Shown here in pieces: positions 42,946 through 52,304 of a DNA stretch of 64,000 nucleotides. Every line of letters begins with the position of its first letter. Position 1 is the stretch's first letter. Source of the stretch: Bacteroidota bacterium (GTDB lineage Bacteria > Bacteroidota > Bacteroidia > Bacteroidales > VadinHA17); assembly GCA_011049175.1 (NCBI GenBank), contig DSCJ01000100.1, forward strand, positions 673 to 64,672, in the 5' to 3' direction. A model generated the notes under the pieces. The model was not told the DNA's origin, did not search any database, and worked only from the letters and a program-made list of their open reading frames with translations. Both the position numbers and the translations under genes were made by a program.

Positions 42946-44241
42946 AACCGTCACCACCTGCAGCAAACGCAACTTTTTAACCGACATGTGATTCACAACC
43001 ATTGCGGCAATCAGCGCCAGGATTGCAATGGCAAAGGTCCATGTAAAGCCTATAGTTTCATAAAACCATACCCCTGCCAGAGGAGCAAACAGAGCCCGCA
43101 CCCCCGTAAGCGAAGCATGAACGGCCTGGTAATCGCCCGCTTCCTCCGCCCGGCTGAAATAGGCTGATCCGATATGCCACAACAGGGTATTCATGGCAAT
43201 GAACAGGCCATTGAAGATCACACTCAGGAAAAGGAAAAAATACCATTGAATGCCCAGAATATCAGCTTTCCAGGGGAGGTATTCGGTAAGACCGGTAAAG
43301 AATATGTAAAGAGCCATCATCAAAAATGACCATACAGCAAAACGGCGGGGATCGGTTTTCCCGATCAAACGCCCGAATACCGGAATGAATACGATGGCGA
43401 GTATATTGAATACATTTTTATAAAAAGCCACACCGGAATAGGAAAGGTGAAGCTCTCGTTCATAAAATATCGTGATCACAGCAAACGTACTCATATAGGC
43501 AAATCCATACAAAATAAAGCTGATCTCGTAGTCGCGGAAGGGTTTGTTCCTTTTCAGAATGTCCCATTGGGTCCTCAGTGAATCGCCCATAGCATAAAAC
43601 AAACCCTTCCGTTTTCTCTTTGCCGGAACAGCATGGAAAGGGATGGCTGCCAGCATGAATATGGAAAACATGCTGAGTGCACCCGCTATGGGATATATCA
43701 TCCGGAAAGCAAAAGGATCCCGGTCAAGCACCAGCCCGAAACCGAAGGTGGCCAGCAGCATCAGCAGTTTGGAAGAAGAAGTGGAAAAGGAATACAAGGC
43801 ACCGAAATGCTGATGCCTGTAATTGCTTTTCAAAATGAGATTAATGGTGGGAAAAAGCACCGGGTTTGCCATGTAGTAAACTAGAAATAAGAGAAGGAAT
43901 ATCCAGTGATGCCTGCCGGTTACCCCCTCTGCTTCTGCCGGGAACAGTATCATGAAAAACAAAGGCAACCGGGTAATGACGGCCGTCCACCGGAGCATTT
44001 TACGCTTGTTGCCCGTCCTTCTCAGAAATTCATTGAAGAATAACAGAAAAATCAGTACCACTACCGAAAACTGAAAAAGCATGCCCACCTGGTAACTGCT
44101 GCCCCGGAGACTTTTCAGAAATACATACTCGTTCAGGATAAACAGCCCAAGAATAAAACCGTCCAGGCTGGCATATACGAAGTGCAGCCGGAAGGTACGC
44201 CTCTCCAGATCATTCAGTTCCGGATAAAGTCTTTTCAGCAT
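42919..44241 (-). CDS. MFS-type transporter (12 TM)
   Basis: 440 aa and polytopic, with two six-helix halves separated by a basic loop (PAKRKRKG). The family call is by topology. It overlaps the convergent upstream gene by 27 nt. Confidence 0.6.
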   Translation of the reverse strand: MLKRLYPELNDLERRTFRLHFVYASLDGFILGLFILNEYVFLKSLRGSSYQVGMLFQFSVVVLIFLLFFNEFLRRTGNKRKMLRWTAVITRLPLFFMILFPAEAEGVTGRHHWIFLLLFLVYYMANPVLFPTINLILKSNYRHQHFGALYSFSTSSSKLLMLLATFGFGLVLDRDPFAFRMIYPIAGALSMFSIFMLAAIPFHAVPAKRKRKGLFYAMGDSLRTQWDILKRNKPFRDYEISFILYGFAYMSTFAVITIFYERELHLSYSGVAFYKNVFNILAIVFIPVFGRLIGKTDPRRFAVWSFLMMALYIFFTGLTEYLPWKADILGIQWYFFLFLSVIFNGLFIAMNTLLWHIGSAYFSRAEEAGDYQAVHASLTGVRALFAPLAGVWFYETIGFTWTFAIAILALIAAMVVNHMSVKKLRLLQVVTVSENIHDPE

Positions 44242-44261
44242 GCCGTGATCCGTGTCAGGGT

Positions 44262-45437
44262 TCAGAGAGCATCCAGCGCTCTCCCGATATTCCTTTCCAG
44301 TTCCTCACAGGGTTCTGTCCCGACCGACAGGCGGATCAGGCCTGGCATAGGATATTTATCACCCCATACAGGCTCCACGGGCAGCAGGGTGCTGTCGGCA
44401 TCTCCCAGGGAAGGGATCAGCGGAACAGTGTTTTGCAGGGCATGGATAAAACGGTCCCGCCGATTTTTCTTTTCACCGGCATTTTTCCCTGCCAGATCAA
44501 AGGTGATCATCCCTCCGTATCCCCTGCCCCCGAACAAACGATTGGCCAGGGCATGGTCCGGATGATGCTCCAGTCCGGGATAGATGGTAGCTTCCACGGC
44601 CGGATGGTCATCGAGAAAATGTGCCAGCCTTTCCGCATTCTCCACATGTTTCTGTATTCTCAGGGGAAAGGTTCGGAGCTGGGTTCCCAGGCGGTAGGCA
44701 TCGTCGGGACTGATCATATGTCCCACGTATTTCCTGTATTCCACGGCCTTCTTTAACAGGTTTTCCAGATTCCCGCAAATGACACCCGCGGTCACATCAC
44801 CATGACCCGACAGGTATTTGGTGGCGCTGTGAATCACCAGGTCGGCTCCTGCCTGCAGGGGTTTGAACAGATACGGAGTAGCGAAGGTATTATCCACTAC
44901 CACCCTGGCGCCCATTTCATGGGCTATGTCAATTATGGCCGGCACATCGGTAACCATCAGCATGGGGTTGGTCACCACTTCAAGGAATACCAGGCTCGCC
45001 TGGGTTTCCTCCATCCGGCGGCGGAAATACGACGGATCGTACCGGTTGTTTTCGGGAAAAAGGCGTTCGGCCCTGATTCCCCGGCGTTTGATCAGCACTT
45101 CATCAACAAAAGTATTGGTGCCGCCGTATATTTCACTGAAAAATAACCAGGGTTTATCCGAGCCGGCTTCCTGGAAAATCGACAGGGCGGTATCGATAGC
45201 CGACATTCCGCTCTGCATCAGTAGGGCCCATTCGCTCTGCTCAATATTCATCAATTGCTCTTCCACCGCCACCACGGTGGGATTCCGGTACCGGGAATAA
45301 ATATAGTAGCCGGGTTTTCGTTCCTGTTCCTGTTCGTCGCGGAATGCGCTGGCGGTAACCGTTGCATCATCTAGACGGAATCCCGAATCCCGGTAAACGG
45401 GAGTCTTCAAGGGTTTCAGATGTTGTTTTTTTTCCAT
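44262..45437 (-). CDS. Cys/Met-metabolism PLP-dependent enzyme (cystathionine gamma-synthase / methionine gamma-lyase family)
   Basis: YSRYRNPTV...E..........L...SGMSAI......DL.IHSATKYLSGHGDVTAG. The PLP-lysine motif SATKY.GH.D is present. 391 aa. Confidence 0.88.
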   Translation of the reverse strand: MEKKQHLKPLKTPVYRDSGFRLDDATVTASAFRDEQEQERKPGYYIYSRYRNPTVVAVEEQLMNIEQSEWALLMQSGMSAIDTALSIFQEAGSDKPWLFFSEIYGGTNTFVDEVLIKRRGIRAERLFPENNRYDPSYFRRRMEETQASLVFLEVVTNPMLMVTDVPAIIDIAHEMGARVVVDNTFATPYLFKPLQAGADLVIHSATKYLSGHGDVTAGVICGNLENLLKKAVEYRKYVGHMISPDDAYRLGTQLRTFPLRIQKHVENAERLAHFLDDHPAVEATIYPGLEHHPDHALANRLFGGRGYGGMITFDLAGKNAGEKKNRRDRFIHALQNTVPLIPSLGDADSTLLPVEPVWGDKYPMPGLIRLSVGTEPCEELERNIGRALDAL

Positions 45438-45486
45438 GATCCTACCGTGTTATATTTCTGCCATGCCTGCAATATCCTTTTAATAT

Positions 45487-46071
45487 CTATTTTCCCTTTC
45501 TCCATGTTTTCAGGGGGTTCAAACCCAGCCGGGTTTTTGTGCGGCCCATGGGAAAAGCCCCTTCCCTGACGTAGCGGATGTCTTCCACAGAATAGAAGGC
45601 ACGGGGATTGAAATGGTTGATCACCTCGATCACCTTCGGCATATCCGCCCGTTTGATGATTGTATAGATCACATTCACCTGTTCCTTCGATCCCCGGGCA
45701 TCTACCGAGGTGGTTCCGTAGCCTCTTTCATGCAGGGAAGCGATCAGCCGGCTTGCATCGCGCTGGGTGATCACCCGCACCAGAAGCATTCCCATGGCCA
45801 GTCTTTCCTCGAGCAGCATCCCCAGGTAATTGCCTGCGGCAAAACCTGCCGCATAGGCCACATAGTTGATCCAGTTATCGAGGTTTTGCATGATACGGCT
45901 GATGGCCAGAATCCAGATCAGCACCTCGAAAAACCCCAGAATGGGAGCCAGTGTCCGGTTTCCTTTGGAAACCATAATGATCCGGATGGTACCAATAGAA
46001 ACGTCGGCTATTCTGGCCATGAAGATCAGAAGAGGCATCACAACCAGATCAAAGATATCGGCATTCGTCAT
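45487..46071 (-). CDS. UPF0316 / DUF2179 membrane protein
   Basis: 194 aa. Three N-terminal TM helices (LLIFMARIADVSIGTIRIIMVSKGNR) are followed by a C-terminal DUF2179-like soluble domain (GYGTTSVDARGSKEQVNVIYTIIKR). Confidence 0.7.
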   Translation of the reverse strand: MTNADIFDLVVMPLLIFMARIADVSIGTIRIIMVSKGNRTLAPILGFFEVLIWILAISRIMQNLDNWINYVAYAAGFAAGNYLGMLLEERLAMGMLLVRVITQRDASRLIASLHERGYGTTSVDARGSKEQVNVIYTIIKRADMPKVIEVINHFNPRAFYSVEDIRYVREGAFPMGRTKTRLGLNPLKTWRKGK

Positions 46072-46153
46072 GACAAATGGTTTTGCGGTTTATCCGGTGC
46101 AAAATTAAACTTCCCGGGCGAGAAAACCGTTCCGTTCCTCAATTTTTCAACGG

Positions 46154-46188
46154 AAAAACCGGGTTTCAGGCCTGTAACCCGGTTTTTT
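46154..46188. terminator. Symmetric terminator-like hairpin (A5 - 9-bp stem - T6)
   Basis: AACCGGGTT (46157..46165) pairs perfectly with AACCCGGTT (46176..46184). The 10-nt loop contains the palindrome CAGGCCTG. A-run and T-run flanks make it readable as an intrinsic terminator on either strand. It lies 83 nt upstream of the DUF2179 start codon. Confidence 0.55.
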
Positions 46189-46268
46189 CCTGCAGTTCCC
46201 TCCAATTCACCGCTCTTCCACCGTATGCATATCCGGTTATTCCCATGGACCCTGGGCTGTGCTTCAAA

Positions 46269-46316
46269 CTACGTAGATATCTACGTAGGTAACTACGTAG
46301 ATATCTACGTAGTTAC
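46269..46316. repeat. Four perfect CTACGTAG palindromes at 12-bp period; contains 20-bp and 28-bp perfect palindromes
   Basis: CTACGTAG occurs at 46269, 46281, 46293 and 46305, with spacers ATAT/GTAA/ATAT/TTAC. 46269..46288 is a 20-bp perfect palindrome. 46289..46316 (GTAACTACGTAGATATCTACGTAGTTAC) is a 28-bp perfect palindrome. Confidence 0.95.
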
Positions 46317-46394
46317 CTATATAGATTTATTTCTATATTCCGACAGGATATTCATACCTTTATTGGCGGGCATCCGTTTTTCTTTTACCAGGCC

Positions 46395-46421
46395 AAAAAA
46401 AGCCTGTCATTTCCGACAGGC
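46395..46421 (-). terminator. Rho-independent terminator after the glutathione peroxidase gene
   Basis: The minus strand reads GCCTGTC-GGAAAT-GACAGGC followed by T7 (complement of 46395..46401). It lies 58 nt after the gpx stop. Confidence 0.8.
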
Positions 46422-46479
46422 CTTCCTTAACAAACTAACCAACCTAACCATGAATCAAAGAAAAATGATTATTTGATTA

Positions 46480-47025
46480 TTATTTCCCAATGATCCATTT
46501 CACAATTTTTTCATCATCGGGTCGCACACGCGGGGGAACCACATCCAACAAATTCCCGTTCTCATCGATCAGGTACTTCTGGAAATTCCACTGTACTTCC
46601 GAATCCATTTTCCCGTTTTTTTCTTTGCTGGTAAGCCACTGGTACAGCGGGTGCATGTCTTTTCCCTTTACCGAGATCTTGGCCATCATGGGAAAAGTTA
46701 CCCCGTAATTTTTTTTGCAGAATTCAATAATTTCCCCGTTACTTCGGGGTTCCTGGTTTAAGAAATTATTCGCCGGGAAGCCGATAACAACAAATCCCTT
46801 GTCGCCATATTGCCTGTAGAGCGCTTCCAGTTGTTCAAACTGCGGGGTTAACCCGCACTTTGAAGCCGTATTGACCACAAGAACCTTTTTCCCCCTGAGT
46901 TCTGAAAGTACCAGGTCACGTCCGTCAATGGTGGTTACCGTAAATGAATAAAAGTTCATATTTTTCTGTGCCTGAATGGTTAATGCACCGATAAGAAGGG
47001 TACATACAATCCATAATCTTTTCAT
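46480..47025 (-). CDS. Glutathione peroxidase (Cys-type), secreted
   Basis: Signal peptide MKRLWIVCTLLIGALTIQAQ, then LRGKKVLVVNTASKCGLTPQFEQLEALY..YGDKGFVVIGFPANNF..QEP. The active-site residue is Cys, codon TGC (complement of 46855..46857), not TGA. Confidence 0.92.
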   Translation of the reverse strand: MKRLWIVCTLLIGALTIQAQKNMNFYSFTVTTIDGRDLVLSELRGKKVLVVNTASKCGLTPQFEQLEALYRQYGDKGFVVIGFPANNFLNQEPRSNGEIIEFCKKNYGVTFPMMAKISVKGKDMHPLYQWLTSKEKNGKMDSEVQWNFQKYLIDENGNLLDVVPPRVRPDDEKIVKWIIGK

Positions 47026-47098
47026 GACCGTATTTTTCACATCAACAAACCGGAAAGAAAAATGTTCACAGGGCAAGAGGGGAAAGGCCGCAGAAGGG

Positions 47099-47482
47099 TT
47101 ATTTATTTTTGCGAACATCCCGAACATTCAGATACACAGAACATATCAAGGCCAGAAAATATCCGGTGGTAGTCAGTGTATCCACCCAGAACATATCAGG
47201 GTCCCAGCCCGTGAGCCGGTGAACCAGATACTTCAGATAGGAGTTGGGAAGACCGGTTTCACCCATTTTTTCCAGGATCCTGAAATGCCAGTCGGTCAGC
47301 GGGCAGTATCCCATTCCGTAAAATATTCCCAGAAGGAACCACGAACCCCCCGTCAGCAAAAGGGTCAGCAGATTCCATTTCCTCAGTTTTTTCCAGATCC
47401 ATCCCGTAAGGTTGAACAGGGTGATTCCCGTGTGAAAGATCAGGAAAAAAAGATCGGCTGTTTTCAGAAGAAATTCCTGCAT
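47099..47482 (-). CDS. DUF2784-like membrane protein
   Basis: 127 aa with 4 TM helices and the central motif GYCPLTDWHFRILEKMG, as I remember it for DUF2784. Confidence 0.55.
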   Translation of the reverse strand: MQEFLLKTADLFFLIFHTGITLFNLTGWIWKKLRKWNLLTLLLTGGSWFLLGIFYGMGYCPLTDWHFRILEKMGETGLPNSYLKYLVHRLTGWDPDMFWVDTLTTTGYFLALICSVYLNVRDVRKNK

Positions 47483-47534
47483 AAATCTGGTTTCATTCAG
47501 TGTGATGTTCCCTTTGGGGGAGGTATGGCAGTTT

Positions 47535-49268
47535 TTATTTTCCCGGCCGCCTCGACCCGGCGCCTTTTATGCCGGCTCCGGCAACCGAGATCAAACAGGC
47601 ATAGAGCAACCAGGCGGTCAGGAGCAGAATGATACATGAAATGACGGTAAGAAGCAGGTTATTTGCCCCGATAAAACGGATCAGGTTTTCGAACATAGCC
47701 CACAGGGTAAAGATCAGCACCAGTACCATTGGAACGAAAGCCACCCAGATATTCCATTTTTTCCTGAAAAGATACACTGTCACCACTCCCAGGGCCAGGG
47801 CAGCCAGCAACTGGTTTAGCGAACCGAACAAAGGCCACAGCTTCATGGCCCCCTGTGCCGCCTCATCGGCAAAAGTCATCAGGGCGGCCGCCAGTACCAC
47901 GAGAAAAGTCGCCACGTACCGGTTGTTTATGGGTTTGATCACTTTACCCTGACGGTTTCTGAAGATCTCCTGCAGGGAAAGCCTCTGGATGCGGGTAGCA
48001 CTGTCGAGGGTGGTATTGGCAAAGCTCACGATAAAAACGGCGATAACTGTCTGCCCCACATTGACCGGGATACCCAGCGAATGAAAGAGATTGGCCGCTC
48101 CGGTGATGAATGCCCCGAGCTTGGCCCCCAGGCCTTCGGCCGAAGCCCAGGAGGAATAGTGATGATCAAAGGCTTCGCGGCCGGTATACAGTATCCCCTC
48201 CTGTTCCATTCCCATCCCCAGGCCGGCAGCTACGGCCATAAGCACCAGCACGGCAAGGAAACTTTCCCAGATCATTCCCCCGTAGCCTACAAAAAGGGTG
48301 TCTTTTTCCCGGTCAACCTGTTTTACCGTGGTGCCTGAACTGGCCAGGGAATGGAAACCCGATATGGCTCCGCAGGCAATGGTGATGAACAGAATGGGCA
48401 TCAGGGCAGGCACGTCCGACCCCGGAGCCCAGGCAGAAGGATTGACAGCCGGAGCCGAAACGGGAGGATGCGCAATGGCCAATCCCAGAAACATAAGCCC
48501 CATGGCAATAATCAGCTGATGGGCATTGATGTAATCACGTGGCTGCAGGAGCTTCTGTACCGGAACCGTCGAGGCAAAATATACATATACAAACAGGATA
48601 AGGCACCAGGTATTGACCGGAGACCCCGCCAGGGGAAATATTTTCACCGGAAGGTAGGCTCCGGCAATAATAGTCAGATACAGGAGAAAAACGGCCATCA
48701 GGGAATACAGCAGGTCATTCTTTCCCGAGCGGATTTTCCATCCCAGCCATACGGCAATGGGGATCTGCAGCCATACGGGAATCACCGACTCGGGATACAT
48801 ACCGAACAGCACCCCTTCGATCATGACAAAAACCGAAAGCACGATAAACAGGAGGAACTGCATCATGAACTGGAAAGCATAACGGGCTGAGGGGCTGATC
48901 AGGTCGCCCGTCAGCTCGCCCAGCGATTTCCCCTGATGGCGGGCCGAGATCACCAGGGTGGAAAAATCATGCACGGCTCCCATAAAAATGGAACCTGCAA
49001 ATACCCAGATAAACGCCGGCAGCCATCCCCAGATAATACCGATGGCCGGTCCGACAATAGGTCCCAGCCCGGCTATGGTGGTAAAATGATGTCCGAAAAG
49101 TATGTGCTTTCTGGCAGGAACAAAATCCACGCCGTCATGCAATTCATGGGAAGGCATGGGGGTGGTATCTGCCAGCCGGAATATTTTACTTCCCAGCCAT
49201 TTCCCGTAAGTATGATACGCCACAATGTATCCGGCCAGCGCCAGAACTACGAGTAAAAAGCTGTTCAT
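47535..49268 (-). CDS. cstA: Carbon starvation protein A (peptide/pyruvate transporter family)
   Basis: 577 aa: ..HDGVDFVPARKHILFGHHFTTIAGLGPIVGPAIG..WGWLPAFIWV..GSIFMGAVHDF..ACGAISGFHSLASSGTTVKQ.. These are canonical CstA motifs. Confidence 0.92.
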   Translation of the reverse strand: MNSFLLVVLALAGYIVAYHTYGKWLGSKIFRLADTTPMPSHELHDGVDFVPARKHILFGHHFTTIAGLGPIVGPAIGIIWGWLPAFIWVFAGSIFMGAVHDFSTLVISARHQGKSLGELTGDLISPSARYAFQFMMQFLLFIVLSVFVMIEGVLFGMYPESVIPVWLQIPIAVWLGWKIRSGKNDLLYSLMAVFLLYLTIIAGAYLPVKIFPLAGSPVNTWCLILFVYVYFASTVPVQKLLQPRDYINAHQLIIAMGLMFLGLAIAHPPVSAPAVNPSAWAPGSDVPALMPILFITIACGAISGFHSLASSGTTVKQVDREKDTLFVGYGGMIWESFLAVLVLMAVAAGLGMGMEQEGILYTGREAFDHHYSSWASAEGLGAKLGAFITGAANLFHSLGIPVNVGQTVIAVFIVSFANTTLDSATRIQRLSLQEIFRNRQGKVIKPINNRYVATFLVVLAAALMTFADEAAQGAMKLWPLFGSLNQLLAALALGVVTVYLFRKKWNIWVAFVPMVLVLIFTLWAMFENLIRFIGANNLLLTVISCIILLLTAWLLYACLISVAGAGIKGAGSRRPGK

Positions 49269-49280
49269 AAGAACCTGCTT

Positions 49281-49682
49281 TTAATCCAGCGGGGCATCGG
49301 CATTCACTTCCATATCGAGGGAAAGGTTTTCTCCTTCCCCTTCCACCCATACCTCATAGGTGAATTTTCCCTTTCCCAGATACACTTCATAGGTATATGA
49401 AACCGGGGTAAAGGTATAGGGTGTACCGTCAATTTCCAGGGTGATCAGGGCTTCACGGTATGCTTTTTCAAACCGTTTGTATTCCGTGGCCTGGCCGGGA
49501 CCGACGGTTCCGTAATCATTTTCGCCGTGCCCCGTATCCACATGAACGTTATCAAAAACATACGCACTGAGGTTTTTGACCCGGATATCGGTCGGGCCCT
49601 CGGCCTTGTCCCATTTGGTACAGCCGGAAAACAGCATGGCGCTGACCAGGAGTGCCGCTGCAACAATACCCTGTTTTTTCAT
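49281..49682 (-). CDS. Lipoprotein of unknown function
   Basis: 133 aa. It has signal peptide MKKQGIVAAALLVSAMLFSGC (lipobox LFSGC) and a beta-rich body. I recognise no family. Confidence 0.65.
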   Translation of the reverse strand: MKKQGIVAAALLVSAMLFSGCTKWDKAEGPTDIRVKNLSAYVFDNVHVDTGHGENDYGTVGPGQATEYKRFEKAYREALITLEIDGTPYTFTPVSYTYEVYLGKGKFTYEVWVEGEGENLSLDMEVNADAPLD

Positions 49683-49693
49683 GGTTTCCGTTT

Positions 49694-50449
49694 TTATATC
49701 ACTCTGATGGCCTCACCGGGGATCCATCCCTTGTTCCCGTCGCTGATCCTGATCTCATGCCATTCCCCCATCTTGTCTTCCACCGTTACACGGGTACCTT
49801 CATGTAAGATAAAAAGGTCGGTCCCGCTTTCATCGGGGGTGCTTTTCACGGTGACGGAAGGCTGGTAGATCACCGCCCTCCGTTTTACGTATATCAGCCC
49901 GTAATGTTCGCGGGCAAAGACCAGGGAAAATACGGAAAAAAGCAACATCACCACCGCAACCCGCAAACTCCACCGCCTGATACCCCGCCTGTGAAAATAT
50001 AAATATACAGAAAAAAACAGGAATGCAAGGACAAAGGTTCCCAGGCTGATCCAACCCCACACGGCCGGAGGCAGTGCCCTGACCACCGCAAAATACCAGC
50101 GTGAAAAAAACGGCCGGGGCAGCTCTTCAATATTGTCTTTCACATAACTGTCGGCCAGTTCCAGGTTGAACAGAATATCCTGGTCACGGGGACTGAGCAG
50201 TTTTGCCCGCTCATAATACAAAATTGCATCGGCCAGGCGGTGGTTCCTGAAATACGCGTTTCCCAGGTTATAATACACCCCGGCGGCCACATACCCGCTG
50301 TCGATGATCTGCGTGTATTTCTCAATTGCCGTGGCATAATCGCCCTCACTGTAGGCCCTGTTGGCTTCTTCCAGCCAATCGCGGGGTCCCGAACCACGGA
50401 CCCCGGAAATAATGCATGCCAGCAGCAGAATGGCTATAATTCGTTTCAT
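49694..50449 (-). CDS. batE: BatE-like protein (TPR + TM + SH3)
   Basis: It has a signal peptide and TPR repeats (YSEGDYATAIEKY..YYNLGNAYFRNHRLADAILYYERA). TM helices follow, then a C-terminal SH3-like domain (LHEGTRVTVEDKMGEWHEIRISDGNKGWIPGEAI). It is positioned directly after BatD. Confidence 0.8.
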   Translation of the reverse strand: MKRIIAILLLACIISGVRGSGPRDWLEEANRAYSEGDYATAIEKYTQIIDSGYVAAGVYYNLGNAYFRNHRLADAILYYERAKLLSPRDQDILFNLELADSYVKDNIEELPRPFFSRWYFAVVRALPPAVWGWISLGTFVLAFLFFSVYLYFHRRGIRRWSLRVAVVMLLFSVFSLVFAREHYGLIYVKRRAVIYQPSVTVKSTPDESGTDLFILHEGTRVTVEDKMGEWHEIRISDGNKGWIPGEAIRVI

Positions 50450-50456
50450 GGGTTCC

Positions 50457-52304
50457 TCATTTCAGGTTTTGCTCCAGTGCGGTGATCAGTTTCATGGCTT
50501 TGCGGTACACCTGGCCGGGATCATCCAGAGCGGTTTTACCGGCGTATCGGGCCTGTTCGCAATGGTCGATGGTATCAAGATATTCACCGGCCAGCTCACC
50601 GGGAATTTCATGTAGGGCAAGCGCCGCCAGGGCATTATCCCGGTTCAGTTCTGCCAGCGGGATGGAAAGCTTATCGCTGAGATACCCCCAGCAGGCTCTG
50701 GATACTTCTTCATAGAACCGGTCGAGCTGTTGTTTTTTAAGAGCATCTGCCGCCAGCTTCAGGCGTTTCCTGGCTTGCCGGCTGGCTCTACGGTTCCGCA
50801 TCAGCTCGGTGTTCCTCATCATTTCCGTCCTTCTTTTTCTCAGCAGCAACACCGCCATAAACACCAGTATTACCAGCGGATATGTGAGGTAAAACCAAAC
50901 CTGGCCGACCGGATTTTTCGTATCCTGCCTGAGGGGAATATCCCCCGTTTTGATAAATCGGATGTCCTTCCCGATAAACCGGATATCTTCCTTCCCGAAA
51001 CCGGTTACCACCGTGCCTTCCTCGCCCGGTTCGCGTGGCACAACTTTCAGGTTGAACGCGGGCGATTCCCATGTAACATACTGCTCCTTTTCCGGATCGA
51101 AATAGCTCACTTCAACAGGAGGTATTCTGTACGCTCCGGGTGATCTGGGCACCATAAGGTATTCAAAACTTTTCGTCCCCTTCGATCCCGAAACAGTATG
51201 GTTGATATCCATGGTCACTCGCGGGTCGTAAGTTTCAAAATCGGGCGGCAGGTTCACCGCCGGGGGTGACATAAGTTTCAGATTACCCGTTCCCGTAACC
51301 TTCAGAGTAAAGGTAACAGCTTCATCAGCCACCACCTCTTCCCTGTCAACCGAAGCATCCAGTGTATACCGGCCAACCAGCCCCTCAAACGATGCGGGAG
51401 CCTCATCGGGAAGGGGTTTTACACGAATTTGCAAGGGATCGCTGCTGACCGTTCGCGTCACAGTCCGGAACGAGTCGAAGAAATCATCGAAAATACTGCC
51501 TGTTCCCCTGCTAACCCGCTGCCTGACATGGCATTCCAGTTCCATGGGGTTGATAGTAAGGGTTCCGCTGCGTTGCGGGATCAGCACTATCTGCCTCAAA
51601 ACCAGGGTTCCGTATACCTTTCCATTGACTACTTCCCTCTGAAGATAATTTTGATCGGGTAGTTCGATATCCTGCTGCAGAAAACCCGAAAAAGATGGAA
51701 ACTTCCGGTCGCCGATACCTGACAGATCCAGGCGGGTAAACAGCTTGACGGTAGCTATCAGGTGCTCACCCTGGTACACTTCCTTCCGGTCGGTTATTAC
51801 CTGCACGAACAGGTCTTCGTCCTTTACCCCGCTTATTTCGGGGGTTGCTGAAGGAGCAGGGGTGGCCGGGGCGGAAGGAGCCGATCCCTTCACCACTTCC
51901 ACAGTAATCTCTTCCGTTTCGTAAGATTTTCCCTCGACCTCGACGCGGGCTTTCCCGATGGTAAATGTTCCTTCTTCCACTGCCTGAAGCACAAAATTAT
52001 AGCTGTAAGAAACGGTACGGGTCATCTGTCCGTTGATGATCTGTACCGAGGTACTGGTTGACATATTGGGACCCGACAGGATGGCAAAATGCTCAAAGGA
52101 TGGAGCTTCGAAATTTTCCCCCTCGGCATTTACCGAAAAGGACACCCGAAACCGTTCTCCCGTTTCCACTACCCGGGGGCTGGCAGAAGCACGGAACTCC
52201 ACCTCCTGGGCAAATCCTGCCAGGGGCCAGATGCCCGCTATCAGGAGCATACCGGCCAGCATGCCTATCCTGTTGCATCTGTTAAATAATTCCTGCATTA
52301 CCAT
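50457..52304 (-). CDS. batD: BatD (oxygen-tolerance) protein
   Basis: 615 aa. A signal peptide is followed by repeated Ig-like modules, a TM helix (VWFYLTYPLVILVFMAVLLL) and a cytoplasmic helical tail. Position and architecture match BatD. Confidence 0.85.
   Translation of the reverse strand: MVMQELFNRCNRIGMLAGMLLIAGIWPLAGFAQEVEFRASASPRVVETGERFRVSFSVNAEGENFEAPSFEHFAILSGPNMSTSTSVQIINGQMTRTVSYSYNFVLQAVEEGTFTIGKARVEVEGKSYETEEITVEVVKGSAPSAPATPAPSATPEISGVKDEDLFVQVITDRKEVYQGEHLIATVKLFTRLDLSGIGDRKFPSFSGFLQQDIELPDQNYLQREVVNGKVYGTLVLRQIVLIPQRSGTLTINPMELECHVRQRVSRGTGSIFDDFFDSFRTVTRTVSSDPLQIRVKPLPDEAPASFEGLVGRYTLDASVDREEVVADEAVTFTLKVTGTGNLKLMSPPAVNLPPDFETYDPRVTMDINHTVSGSKGTKSFEYLMVPRSPGAYRIPPVEVSYFDPEKEQYVTWESPAFNLKVVPREPGEEGTVVTGFGKEDIRFIGKDIRFIKTGDIPLRQDTKNPVGQVWFYLTYPLVILVFMAVLLLRKRRTEMMRNTELMRNRRASRQARKRLKLAADALKKQQLDRFYEEVSRACWGYLSDKLSIPLAELNRDNALAALALHEIPGELAGEYLDTIDHCEQARYAGKTALDDPGQVYRKAMKLITALEQNLK

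Noticed and set aside
46269-46316. Whether the CTACGTAG arrays are a miniature CRISPR.
   Set aside because: The period is only 12 bp with 4-nt spacers. There is no leader, no cas genes in the window and no unique spacers. It is not a CRISPR.
45613-46476. A 287-aa plus-strand ORF covering the DUF2179 antisense plus the whole 408-bp intergenic region.
   Set aside because: Its first half is antisense to a well-supported gene. The rest runs through terminator hairpins and the palindrome array. It is not a plausible protein.
46855-46857. A possible selenocysteine (in-frame TGA) at the glutathione peroxidase active site.
   Set aside because: The active-site codon reads TGC (Cys) on the coding strand. 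The ORF is uninterrupted, and I looked for no SECIS element since none would be required.
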